33,440 bases of DNA from Octopus sinensis (lineage: Eukaryota). The DNA is taken from NCBI RefSeq assembly GCF_006345805.1, contig NW_021832036.1:1-33440 (forward strand), in the 5' to 3' direction. Of the stretch, positions 11,830 through 22,573 are shown one piece after another. The notes under the pieces were generated by a model, which was given only the letters and a program-made list of their open reading frames with translations, was not told the DNA's origin and ran no database searches. Position 1 is the stretch's first letter. Each line of letters begins with the position of its first letter. The position numbers and the translations under genes were made by a program.

Positions 11830-12141
11830 ACTACAACCGACACAACCACGAACACCCACCGCTCAACACCAACGCCAACGCCAACGCTGTTAACAATACA
11901 CGGACCGCATCCGCGATCCACGCCCACCACCAACTAACTGACATCATCATCATCATCATCATCATCATCGTTATTATCAGCAGCAGAAGCAGAAGCACTG
12001 TCAACGCCGTCATCATCATCACTTTGTCGTCAGCTTCCACCACATGACACCGTCTCCACCAATCGCCAACGACCACACCACACCACGCCCCCGACGACCC
12101 ATGACCGTGCGCCGCCGCCACCAGCGCCACCACCGCCACCA

Positions 12142-12176
<35 letters not shown>

Positions 12177-12221
12177 AACGCCATCAACACCCAGCGTCGC
12201 CACTATTACCATTTTCATCAT

Positions 12222-12264
<43 letters not shown>

Positions 12265-12900
12265 CCATCATCATTATCATTAGCACCATCATCATCAGCA
12301 GCATCAGCATCATCATCATCATCACTACCATTACCACCACACCACGTTTCCACCACACCTACACTTGTACAAGCACCACACCAACCTGCTTCTGGCCACC
12401 ACCAACAACATCGCCACTCTAACCATCACACCCCCCACACTACCACCACTACCAACTCCACCACCTTTAGCACTACTAACTTACCACCGCGGATACACTG
12501 TCTCCACCACCACTACTAACACTTATTTTCAATCACGATAATGCTACCACAACCATCTCCACCACCACCACCACATTGGTACTACCCATTACCACCACCA
12601 TACCCCTACACCACCCACCACACCACGCACAAACCCACCCACCCCACAACTATCTTACTGCAATCCATCCAGTATTCTCAGCACCAACGCCACTACGACA
12701 ACAGCAACTCCACTTACAACCACCACGCTAGTCACAGTAACTCCGCCATCATCGCAATCAACCGCCATTGATAACTACCACCGCCACCACTACCACCACC
12801 ATAGCAACTATCACACTAACCGCAGTAACCGCACCACTACAACAATAAACAATAAACCACCGGTAGCACTACTACCAGAACCTTTACGATCACTAGGAAA
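11830..12900 (+). repeat. Degenerate (CAC/CAT/ACC)n trinucleotide low-complexity tract
   Basis: Seen directly; strand polarity opposite to 10880-11700. Confidence 0.85.
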
Positions 12901-13151
12901 ATAACAGCACCACTGACCCTAATACTTCTGTTGACACTCGGTAGGATATCGACTGAATCTACTGCTTACCGTAGGTTTCGTATATGGGAACTACACTCTT
13001 AAGACGCCTCACGTATAATTCGCCCCATTCCACTCTAATCTAGTACACAACAAATCAGTTTACTCTGTAAGCCTTATTCTAATTCTTCCATTAACCTAAA
13101 TATTGTACATTATTTACATTATTTATATTTGTCCTCATCTTGTTTGTTGTT

Positions 13152-13197
13152 AACACAACGTTTCGGCTGATATACCCTCCTGCCTTCATCAGGTGTC
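13152..13197 (-). ncRNA. Minimal type I hammerhead ribozyme (one stem II mismatch)
   Basis: GACAC-CTGATGA-A-GGCAG(GAGGGTATAT)CAGCC-GAAAC-GTT-GTGTT on the minus strand. Confidence 0.6.
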
Positions 13198-13253
13198 TTG
13201 GGGAAATTTCGAACCTGGGTTCTCATTCCTAAGGTATTTTTCGATGTTGTTGC

Positions 13254-13335
<82 letters not shown>

Positions 13336-13354
13336 GTTGTTGTTGTTGTTGTTA

Positions 13355-13425
13355 TTCAGGTCACTGCCTGGAATCGAACTCGGTATCTTGGGGTTGGTAG
13401 CCCACGCTCTTAACCTCTACGCCGT
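13355..13425 (-). promoter_or_regulatory. tRNA-derived internal Pol III promoter (A and B boxes)
   Basis: Minus strand: ACGGCGTAGAGGTTAAGAGCGTGGGCTACCAACCCCAAGATACCGAGTTCGATTCCAGGCAGTGACCTGAA. Confidence 0.7.
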
Positions 13426-13438
13426 AATGATGATGATG

Positions 13439-13496
<58 letters not shown>

Positions 13497-13567
13497 TGAT
13501 GATGATGATGATGATAACATCGAAAAAGGCCTTAGAAATGAGAACCCAGGTTTTAAATTTCCCCCAA

Positions 13568-13613
13568 GACACCTGATGAAGGCTGGAGAGTATATCAGCC
13601 GAAACGTTGTGTT
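13568..13613 (+). ncRNA. Minimal type I hammerhead ribozyme, intact core (PLE type, probably dimer-active)
   Basis: Stem I GACAC/GTGTT; core CTGATGA plus one extra A; stem II GGCTG/CAGCC; GAAAC; stem III reduced to the palindrome ACGT; GUU triplet, predicted cut after 13608. Confidence 0.75.
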
Positions 13614-13734
13614 AACAACAAACAATATGAGGACAAATATCCGTCGAATGTAAATAATGTAGATGGTTCCTCATCTCCTAAATATAGAACTGCATAACCT
13701 AAATATTGGTTTTAAGTTTTGACTAAGGCTAACA

Positions 13735-13789
13735 ACAGCATGGCCACAGTCAAATGACTGAAACAAGTAAAAGAGTAAAGAGTAAGAGT

Positions 13790-13790
<1 letters not shown>
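13735..13790 (+). mobile_element. SINE family A, 3' tail fragment
   Basis: cagcatggccacagtcaaatgactgaaacaagtaaaagagtaaagag. Confidence 0.8.

Positions 13791-13873
<83 letters not shown>
13790..13873 (+). repeat. (GATA)n microsatellite
   Basis: Seen directly. Confidence 0.95.
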
Positions 13874-14854
13874 TCATAGACATCATAGACGTGGAAAATT
13901 ACACTAATGCTGTAATTTCGAAAGTACTTTTTAATAGCAAAAATATTTTGTAGTTAAAGGGTTTTGCCGACCTTTGACGGCCCCAATCAGTGAATTAGCT
14001 TCCAGAAGGCGTTTAATTATACGTTACAGCTAAAGTGTGCGGTAAAAGATACAAAACACAACTTATGGATGTGAATTTGTACAAATTGCAGTCCTTTGCG
14101 TTGATGCGTATCAAGAGGTTTTGCGAAGTTTGCAATTTCAATGAGGAATGATAAATTGTATAAGAAAAGCATTGGCGGAGAAGTCACGGTTTAAAAGCTG
14201 AGTTTCGTAGACGAAAAAGAAAGGGGAGATGTATCTGCAAATATACGATATTACTGCATTTATTCTTTTGGGATTTTTTTTTCTTTTTTTCTTAGCCAAT
14301 TAGCGCTTTTCGTGGCTGAATTTTTATCACTTATCTACTTCTATACTGGCTGCGTCTCGGTGGAATACTTGTTTTGGCCACAATAAGTGGTGCGTAAATA
14401 TCATTTAAGCCATTAATATCAGACAACCGCGTAGGAAGTGCAAACTATATACACAAACACACACATATTACAGTATATAAATACATAGGCATACACATAC
14501 ATACAGCTCTATATATATATACATACATATATATTATATATACCCAGAAGCACTCAGTGGCTTAATATAGGTATGTATATTATATAATAATTGTACACAC
14601 ACACATACATACATACATACATGCATACATACACACATACATACATACATACATACATACATACATACATACATACATACATACATACATCATACATACA
14701 TACATATATATATATATTAATTTTGAAGAGTGAGAATGAGTGATCAACCTCACTTTGATGGATAATTACTCTTTATTTGTGGATTAACAAGGCGAACCAG
14801 TGTGAAGATCTCTTTACATGAAATCAATGGGTGCCTTGTAAACCCATAAATAAA

Positions 14855-14908
<54 letters not shown>

Positions 14909-14939
14909 GTATGTATGTATGTATGTATGTATATATAAA

Positions 14940-15168
14940 CAGGGTTGGCCAAAAGTCACTCGACTGTAAATCAAAATTCCATAAATACTTTCTGTATTGA
15001 CTCGAATGGAAAAATGTGCCGCCGAAGAAGGACTTCAGTTTGAACAATTTTCGTGATGTTTCATATTTAGATGCTTTTATTAAATTCATTCAATTTATGT
15101 TAAACATAAATAAATCTTGGAATTAAATACGGTTTTGATTTACTGTCAGGGGACGTTTGACAAAGCCT
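14940..15168. mobile_element. Tc1/mariner-type MITE (~230 bp)
   Basis: Left TIR CAGGGTTGGCCAAAAGTCACTCGACTGTAAATC; degenerate right TIR; reverse-orientation homologue at 32305-32543. Confidence 0.75.
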
Positions 15169-15423
15169 CTTTTACTCTGTTGCTCTTTTACTTGTTTCAG
15201 TCATTTGACTGTGGCCATGCTGGAGCACCACCTTTTTAGTCGAGCAAATCGACCCCAGAACTTATTCTTTGTAAGCCTAGTACTTCTTATATCGGTGTCT
15301 TTTGCTGAACCGCTAAGTTACGGGGACGTAAACACACCATCATCGGTTGTCAAGCGATGCTGGGGGACAAACGCAGACACACAAACATATGCACACACAC
15401 ACACACATACATACATATATATA

Positions 15424-15491
<68 letters not shown>

Positions 15492-15591
15492 ATACGACAA
15501 ACGTCTTTCAGTCTATGTCTACCAAATCCACTCACAAGGCTTTGTCGGCCCGAGGCTATAGTAGAAGACACTTGCCCAAGGTGCCACGCAG
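15166..15591 (-). mobile_element. SINE family A, lacking the 5' head
   Basis: Aligns with 4062-4435. Confidence 0.88.
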
Positions 15592-15609
15592 TTTGTCTTT
15601 TAGCTTTAA

Positions 15610-15763
15610 TTCTTACTTGTTTCTGTCGAGTGACTGAAATGTGTAAAGAGGGCGCCACCTTAAAGAATTTCAGTCGAACAAATCGACCTCAGTGATATTT
15701 TTCCAGCTCAGTACTTATTGAATCGGGTTGTTTTGCCGAACCGCTAAGTTACCGGAACGTTAA
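15610..15763 (-). mobile_element. Older SINE family A, 3' fragment
   Basis: cagtcgaacaaatcgacc...ttttgccgaaccgctaagttac. Confidence 0.65.
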
Positions 15764-16176
15764 CTGGCATCTGGCGCATGCGTTCCTCATAATCTTGACC
15801 GTCAGCTCGGATTTATTGTTGCGGGCAGCGCGAATATTCTTCTTCTCAACTGCGTTCCACATGTTCTAATCCGTGGGATTCCAATCGGGGGAATTACGAA
15901 GCCAGAAATTAGGGCTGGTGAAGGTGTAGAAATTTTCCGACAACCACTTCTGACTCTTTCCAGAAATATGGCAAAGAGCAAAACCCTGGTGTTACACATA
16001 TGGTCTTCCAGTAGCAATACTCTCTAGCCAAGGGTTAACCACAGTCTCTAACAGGTTCACATAGCCCTCTGACCAGAGCCTAAGGTCCTGTTTCAAAGAT
16101 GTTGGGGCAGCATCAGTTCACCCTTATTGTAGAAACACCCGAAGACCATCACCGTTTCGAGGAACTTGGTTTTCAT
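15764..16176 (-). pseudogene. maT/DD37D-like Tc1-mariner transposase fragment (catalytic region to C-terminus)
   Basis: Manual translation MKTKFLETVMVFGC..(frameshift)..VVNPWLESIATGRPYV*HQGFALCHISGKSQKWLSENFYTFTSPNFWLRNSPDWNPTD*NMWNAVEK..RNACAR, matching degenerate QQDSAPCH and WPPNSPDxNPxDY motifs. Confidence 0.8.
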
Positions 16177-16652
16177 GATGTCCATGTCGCGTATTACAGC
16201 CTTAACTGGTTTCGCAGAGCATTGCCCAAAAGTCATCATCTCGGCATTTTGCTACGCAGCACGAATCAACATGATACTGGGAACACTTTTCCAGTATTCA
16301 GACAGGTACCATTTCTTCCTTGTCAGCTTTTTCTCAGCTAAAACCTCAACCTTTATCCTCTCCATGAACTGTTGATCCCCAATGCATTGAACTGCTCCTG
16401 AAAAAAAAGAGCCATAAATAATCATCGTATTTAGTCCAAACACCCTATATAACGATGTAAGAAATTTGAAAAGCTGAACGCGAAACCGGTCATTTCTTCA
16501 AAAACTATGTCATTGTATGAAAAGAAAATTTATAACATTCTTCAGACATAATGACTCAAATATATATTTTTTAACCTTTTAAAACAAGCCTTCTGTAGTT
16601 TTTTCACTTTTTACTATTTTCTCTCTCTCTCTCTCTCTCTCTCCCTCTCTCC

Positions 16653-16747
<95 letters not shown>

Positions 16748-16872
16748 CAATAAGAAATGGAGAGGCTCAATAGGTGGTTCATCAATTTTTAGACATTATA
16801 TTATGTAAATTTATTTATTTATTTACTAAAATGACAATTACAAGAATATACATACATGTATAACAGTATGCT

Positions 16873-16927
<55 letters not shown>

Positions 16928-17009
16928 TATATATATAATATATATATAAGATACCAGTAATTATTAAAATATATTGCATGCAGGAATAGAAATTGGGAAA
17001 ATATCTTGC

Positions 17010-17452
17010 AGCTGTCTGTCCTTGTTTGTCCCCTCTATGTTTAACCCCTTGTGGGTGGTAAAGAAATAGAAATAGGTATTTCGTCTGTCTTTACATTCTG
17101 AGTTCAAAATCCGGCGTAGTCGACTTTGCCTCTCGTCTTTTCGTGGTTGATGAAATAGGTACCAGTTACATACAGGGGTTGATGTAATCTACTTATACCC
17201 TCCCCAAAAATTTCAAGTCTTATGCCTATAATAGAAACTATTGGCGGGCAGAATCGTTAGGCGGCGGCATTTGGTCCATCTTTATGTTCTAAGTTCAAAT
17301 TCCACCGAGGTCTACATTATCTTTTGTCCTTCCGGAGTTGATAAAGTAAGTACCAGTTGGACACTGGGGGGGGGGGGAATGGGCGATGTATTAGACTTAC
17401 CCCTACCCTAAAATTCCCGGAGTTCTGCCAAAATTTGAAGCCATTATTAACC
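17010..17452 (+). mobile_element. Two adjacent SINE family B copies (diverged)
   Basis: gagttcaaa(a/t)tcc B-box, gtcgactttgcc and aagtaccagtt blocks. Confidence 0.8.
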
Positions 17453-17555
17453 ATCAACCTTTGAAAACCACGTGTAGTAGCTAAACTAGTTAACAAATAA
17501 GCTGTTTGGTTACCCAAATATTTAATCATGTATAATTTATTATAATCTAATATAA

Positions 17556-17851
17556 TCTTTATATATAAAAGTCAAGTTGTGTGTCTGTCTCCTACGATTT
17601 AGATTCCTAACTACTCCCACATTTTGCGGTGCAGTTTAACCAAAAGCGGGTATCTTATAGTCGGGATTCATATCGAGCCCTTCTGTGTATTAGCGCGCGT
17701 CTACGATGAGTCTACGATTTTTTAAAAAATTACCATAATTTTTTTTCCATTTTTAATGCATTTTTTTGCTATTTTTTGGCTATAACTCTCTAAAAATGCT
17801 TATATAGTTATTTCCCTTACAAACCCGAGCAACGCCGGGCGATACTGCAAG
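17556..17851 (+). mobile_element. Non-autonomous Helitron (short copy)
   Basis: A|TC start (TCTTTATATATAAAAG), subterminal hairpin CCCGAGCAACGCCGGG, end CAAG|T (variant of CTAG); homologous to 22574-23089. Confidence 0.75.
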
Positions 17852-18401
17852 TTTAATATAATTTTTGATGTCCAACAAACACTAGTCTTTTATTCATTCC
17901 TTTCTCGGGGTCAAGGGCCACAATTTTCACACATATATATGTGCTCTGTCAATTTGCTTTATCAGGCGCAAGAGAAATGAATATCAACCATCATGAACGA
18001 CAATTTCATCAGCTGTACCTCTATTATTTAATAAATTACAACTACAGCTTTCTACGGCTTCCGCTAGAATTTTATTGCCCATAACTTCTTCCCTTCACCT
18101 AACACAAAACTTTCACCAATTTATCGTGTCTTTGCCCTTTCGTATGTTTACCTCATTCTCGTCATCATACCGTTGCCATCATCATCATCATTGTTACCGT
18201 ATCGGATAAAATGCTTAGCACATCTTCCAGTTTTTTGTGTTCCAGCTTCCAATAAGGCGGAGGCGCGACTGTGCCTTTCATCTTTTCGTCGTCTATCAAA
18301 TAAGTACCAGTTAAAAACTGGGGTCGATGCTATCGACTAACCGCCACCCTCTACACAAGAAAGAATTATTATTGTTCTTATTATTATTACTACCCCTGTT
18401 T

Positions 18402-18625
18402 AAGGCGGCGAGCTGGCATAGTCGTTAGCACGTTGAACGAAATGCTTTGCGCTATTTAGCCAGTCGCTACGTTCTGCTTTCAAATTCCGCCGAAGTCGAC
18501 TTTGCCTTTCATCATTTTGGAGTCGATAAATTAAGTACCAGTTGCGTACTGGGGTCGATCTAATCAACTTCCTCCTTCCTTCTCTCCAAATTTCAGGCCT
18601 TGTGCCTAATGTAGAAAGGGTGATT
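18402..18625 (+). mobile_element. SINE family B, full length (tRNA-derived; central block resembles the MetaSINE domain)
   Basis: Head ggcggcgagctggca..gttagcacg; central gactttgcctttcatc..gtcgataaattaagtacc. The Meta-domain likeness is from memory. Confidence 0.85.
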
Positions 18626-19040
18626 TATTTCTTTATTGCCCACAGGGGGCTAAATATAGAAGGAACAAACAAGGACAGATAAGGATTAAGCTGATTATAT
18701 CGACCCTAGTGCGTAACTGGTACTTATTTACTCGACTCCGAAAGGATGAAAGGCAAAGTCAACCTCGGCGGAATTTGAACTCAGAAAATAACGGCAGACG
18801 AAATACCTATTTCTTTACTACCTACAAGGGGCTAAACACAGAGAGGACAAACAAGGACAGATAAACGGATGAAGTCGATTATATCAACCCCAGTTCGTAA
18901 CTGATACTTATTTAATTGACCCCGAAGGGATGAAAGGCAAAGTCGACCACGGCGGAATTTGAACTCAGAATGTAGCGGCAGATGAAATACCAATAAGCAT
19001 TTCGCCCGGCATGCTAACGATTCTGCCAGCTCGCCGCCCT
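18626..19040 (-). mobile_element. SINE family B with internal 184-bp tandem units
   Basis: ga(c/t)gaaatac at 18797 and 18981; head rc gattctgccagctcgccgcc ends at ~19038. Confidence 0.88.
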
Positions 19041-19183
19041 AAATTTTAGGAAGACCCCCTTAATGCAGGCCCTCGGTGAGATTGAACCCAATCCAGGATG
19101 GTGAATGTGGTGGTCTTCTTTATGTCTCTACCCCAGAGACCACAAAGGCACCCAACAGTAGAAAGGGTTATTATGAGTGCTTT

Positions 19184-19845
19184 GGCGGCGAGCTGGCATA
19201 ATCGTTAGCACGCCATGCATAATGCTTAGCGGTATTTCGTCTGCCGCTACGTTCTGAGTTCAAATTCCGCCGAGGTCGACTTTGCCTTTCATCCTTTCGG
19301 GATCGATTAAATAAGTACCAGTTACGCACTGCAGTCGATAAATTAAGTACCAGTTACACACTGGGGTCGATATAATCAACTTAATCCATTTGTCTGTCCT
19401 TGTTTGTCCTCTCTGTGTTTAGCCCCTTGTGGGTAGTAAAAAAATAGGTATTTCGTCTGTTGTTACGTTCTGAGTTCAAATTCCGCCGAGGTCGACTTTG
19501 CCATTCATCCTTTCGGGGTCGATAAATTAAGTACCAGTTGCGTACTGGGATCGATCTAATCGACTGGCCACCTCCCCCAAAATGTCGGGCCTTGCACCTA
19601 CACCTAGAACAGAAAAGAATATTGTCATCATGAAGGCTATGAGCTGACAGAATCGTTAGCACAACGGGCCAAATACTTAGCGAAATTTCGCCCGTCTTTA
19701 CTTTCGAAATTTCGCCGTCGTTGACATTGACTTTCATATTTTCATGTCGGTAAAATAAATACCCGTTAAGCACGGGGTCGAATGTAATAGGCTTATCCCC
19801 TCCCCTGAAATTACTGGCCTTGTATTCGAAATTTGAAGCCGTTAA
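19184..19845 (+). mobile_element. SINE family B (head plus tandem unit, 19184-19623) followed by an older copy (19637-19845)
   Basis: gtatttcgtctg at 19232 and 19448; B-boxes gagttcaaattcc. Confidence 0.85.
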
Positions 19846-20492
19846 TCCGTTTTTATTTGTCTTAGTATTATCATCATTGTAGACCGTAATATTTTTTGAA
19901 TTGATCACCACTTACATTTGTAATGTATTACATTGTGATTTATTACTTATCAAAATCCCGCTTGTATCACTAAGATTAGTCTTACGGTTGCAGTTATTAT
20001 GAAGAAAGCATGATATATGTGAAACTGTTTCCGCAAACGTGTATTATTGAATCACTGGCGAATCTTACAAGATGCTGAGCAGATGAACAAACAACTATCA
20101 ACGACCAGGATCAACCAGTTGAGTGAACGATCTACTGCCGTCATCTGTTGTCATGGCGTCTTCAGATGAGATATTTCAGCAAGCGAAAGACTTATGTGAA
20201 TTAACCCAGGCCAGACAGTCGTGTCTCATCGTTCTACGTGTTGTGAAGATTCGACATTTTCAACGCTACGGTTTGTTTTACGAGATTCACGTCAACGACA
20301 TTAACATTTCGTGGCAAGTTTACTTGACGTCAGGCGCTTGATGTTAATTTTCTGATCAACTTATTGGGGGTTACCATACGTTGGTCAACCTAATTAGTAA
20401 TTTTTGTTTTTGTTTTCCTTCTTAATTGAAATGGTGTGATTTGTGCCCCTGTGAAGTATAAATATCGTGTTTTTTGCGTCCGATAAATTTAA

Positions 20493-21225
20493 GGCAGCGA
20501 GCTGGCAGAAACGTTAGCACGCCGGGCGAAATACTTAGCAGTATTTCGTCTGCCGCTACGTTCTGAGTTCAAATTCCGCCGAGGTCGACTTTGCCTTGCA
20601 TACTTTCGGGGTCGATTAAATAAGTACCAGTTACGCACTGGGGTCGATGTAAACGGCTTAATCCGCTTGTCTGTCCTTGTTTGTCCCCTCTGTGTTTAGC
20701 CCCTCGTGAGTAGTGAAGAAATAGGTATTTCGTCTGCTGCTACGTTCTGAGTTCAAATTCCGCCGAGGTCGACTTTGCCTTTAATCCTTTCGGAGTCGAT
20801 TAAATAAGTACCAGTTACGCACTGGGGGTCGATATAATCGACTTAATCCGTTTGTCTGTCCTTGTCTGTCCTGTTTGTGTTTAGCCCCTTGTGGGTAGTA
20901 AAGAAATAAGAATCGTTACCGCGTCGGACGAAATGCTGAGCGGCATTTCTTCCGATTTTACATTCTGTGTTCAAATGCCACCGGGGTCTACTTGCCCTTA
21001 TATACTTTCGGGAACGATAAAATAGGTACCAGCTGAGCACTGGACTCGATGTAATCGACTTACTTCCTCTCCCGAAATTGCTGGCCTGGTGCCAAAATTT
21101 GAAACCAAAATTCCAGTGATGTTTATGGTCAATAAAATAAGTACCAGTTGAGCACTGGGGTTGATGTAATTGACTTACTTCCTCTCCCAAAATTGCTGGC
21201 CTTGTGCCAAAATTTGAAACCAAAG
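20493..21225 (+). mobile_element. SINE family B tandem array (head plus 3 units and a duplicated 3' end)
   Basis: Unit starts gtatttcgtctg at 20541 and 20725 (184 bp apart); a third restarts at ~20910. Confidence 0.88.
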
Positions 21226-21325
21226 TGTTCCAGCAGATTCTCCTTTACGACTCTAAAGTGTTCAAAACACACGTTCTGTTTCCGTTGCATATATCCGATA
21301 TAACAATCATTTCTCTTATAAACAT

Positions 21326-21810
21326 GAGGCCGGAAATTTTGGCGGGAACCGGCCAGTCGGTTACATCCTCCGCAGTGCTCGAGTGGTATTTATTTTATCG
21401 ACCCGCGACAAAAAGATGAAAAAGCAAGCTCGACTGAATTTGAACTCAGATCGTTTATGTCCGGTGTGCTCGACCCCTTTAATAAAGCTTTAATAATAAC
21501 TTCAGGTTTTGGCACGAGGCCAGTAATTTCGAGGTGGGGTGGGTTAAATCGATTACATAGACACCAGTGCTAAACTGGTACTTAATTTATCGACCCTAAA
21601 AGAATGCGTGGCAGAGTCGACCTCGGTGGAATTTGAACTCAGAACGTAAAGACGGACGAAATGCCGCGAAGCATTTCGTCCGGCATTCTAACGATTCTGC
21701 CGGTTTGATAATAATAACGAGAATCCTTTCTACTATAAGCACAAGGCCTGAAATTTGGAGGGGAGGGGCTAGTCTGTTACATCACCCCACCCCCTCCAGT
21801 ACTTTAATTA
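21326..21810 (-). mobile_element. Cluster of three minus-strand SINE family B copies/fragments
   Basis: ggaatttgaactcaga and gcacaaggcc..aattt blocks at ~21326-21455, 21503-21710 and 21722-21810. Confidence 0.75.
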
Positions 21811-21824
21811 CTTTTTCTTTGTTC

Positions 21825-22099
21825 CTTCTCGAGCCACGCCTGGCACATAAGGGCCGCTTTCCCGGTTTCCTTGGCGTATAGATTCCCTTCCCAGACGGGA
21901 CGCCAGTCCATCGCAGGTAAGCTGCAAGATGCAGGAGGAGAGAGTGAGAGAAATTTCTGGCGAAAGAGTCAGCAGAAGTTCGCCATTATCTTCTGCCGGA
22001 GCTGCGTGGAGCTTAGGTGTTTCGCTCATAAACACACATCGCCCGGTATGAGATTCGAACTCGCGAGTCCGCTGCTCTAACACCTAGGCCATGTGCCTC

Positions 22100-22100
<1 letters not shown>
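21825..22100 (-). mobile_element. SINE family C' (tRNA-derived)
   Basis: Homologous to 22140-22436 and 30357-30640; B-box rc gagattcgaact. Confidence 0.85.
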
Positions 22101-22135
<35 letters not shown>

Positions 22136-22139
22136 CATT

Positions 22140-22436
22140 GTTGTTTGTTCCTTCTCAAGCCACGCCTGGCTCATAAGCGCCGGTTTCCTTGGCGTATAGG
22201 TTCCCCACCTGGACAGGACGCTGGTCCGTCGCAGGTCAGCTGCAAGATGCAGGAGGTAAGAGTGAGAGAAATTTCTGGCGAAAGAGTCAGCAGAAGTTCG
22301 CCACTACCTTTTGCCGGAGCTGCGTGGAGCTTAGGTGTTTCGCTCATAAACACACATATCGCCCGATCTGAGATTCGAACCCGCGATCCCTTGACCGCGA
22401 GTCCGCTGCTCTAACCACTAGGCCATGTGCCTCCAC
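22140..22436 (-). mobile_element. SINE family C', second tandem copy
   Basis: Close direct repeat of 21825-22100. Confidence 0.88.
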
Positions 22437-22439
22437 TTA

Positions 22440-22565
22440 CGTTAATTACTGGTATTCATTTTCATCGATTCCGAACGAGGAAATTTCAGTTCAGAACGTA
22501 AAGACGGACGAAATGCCGTTAAGCATTTTGTCCGGCTTGCTAATGACTCTGTCAACATGCCTCCT
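22440..22565 (-). mobile_element. SINE family B, diverged fragment
   Basis: ctcagaacgtaaagacggacgaaatgcc-type block. Confidence 0.65.
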
Positions 22566-22573
22566 TAAATAAA

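Larger units (their letters stand above)
13106..13694. mobile_element. Composite retroposon: tRNA-derived head + (AAT)n + hammerhead-containing 3' domain, with an inverted partial copy; 14-bp TSD
   Basis: Direct repeat TAACCTAAATATTG at 13092-13105 and 13695-13708. Inverted arms at ~13106-13250 and 13516-13661. Minus-strand A-box-like GGCGTAGAGG and B-box GAGTTCGATTCC within 13370-13423. Confidence 0.8.

Noticed and set aside
10757-12356. 263-357 aa poly-T/Y/H/L/V/G ORFs resembling mucins or His-rich proteins
   Set aside because: Trinucleotide arrays open in several frames on both strands, with no splice or start context.
13355-13425. Functional tRNA gene (also the heads at 29972 and 30640)
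   Set aside because: A/B boxes are present but I could not build a complete cloverleaf, and each runs into a repeat body; treated as SINE heads.
20123-20341. 72-aa ORF in unique sequence
   Set aside because: No recognisable domain; length within chance expectation.
18626-21225. Regularly repeated units suggestive of a CRISPR array
   Set aside because: Units are 184-bp SINE segments without unique spacers, in animal DNA with no cas genes.
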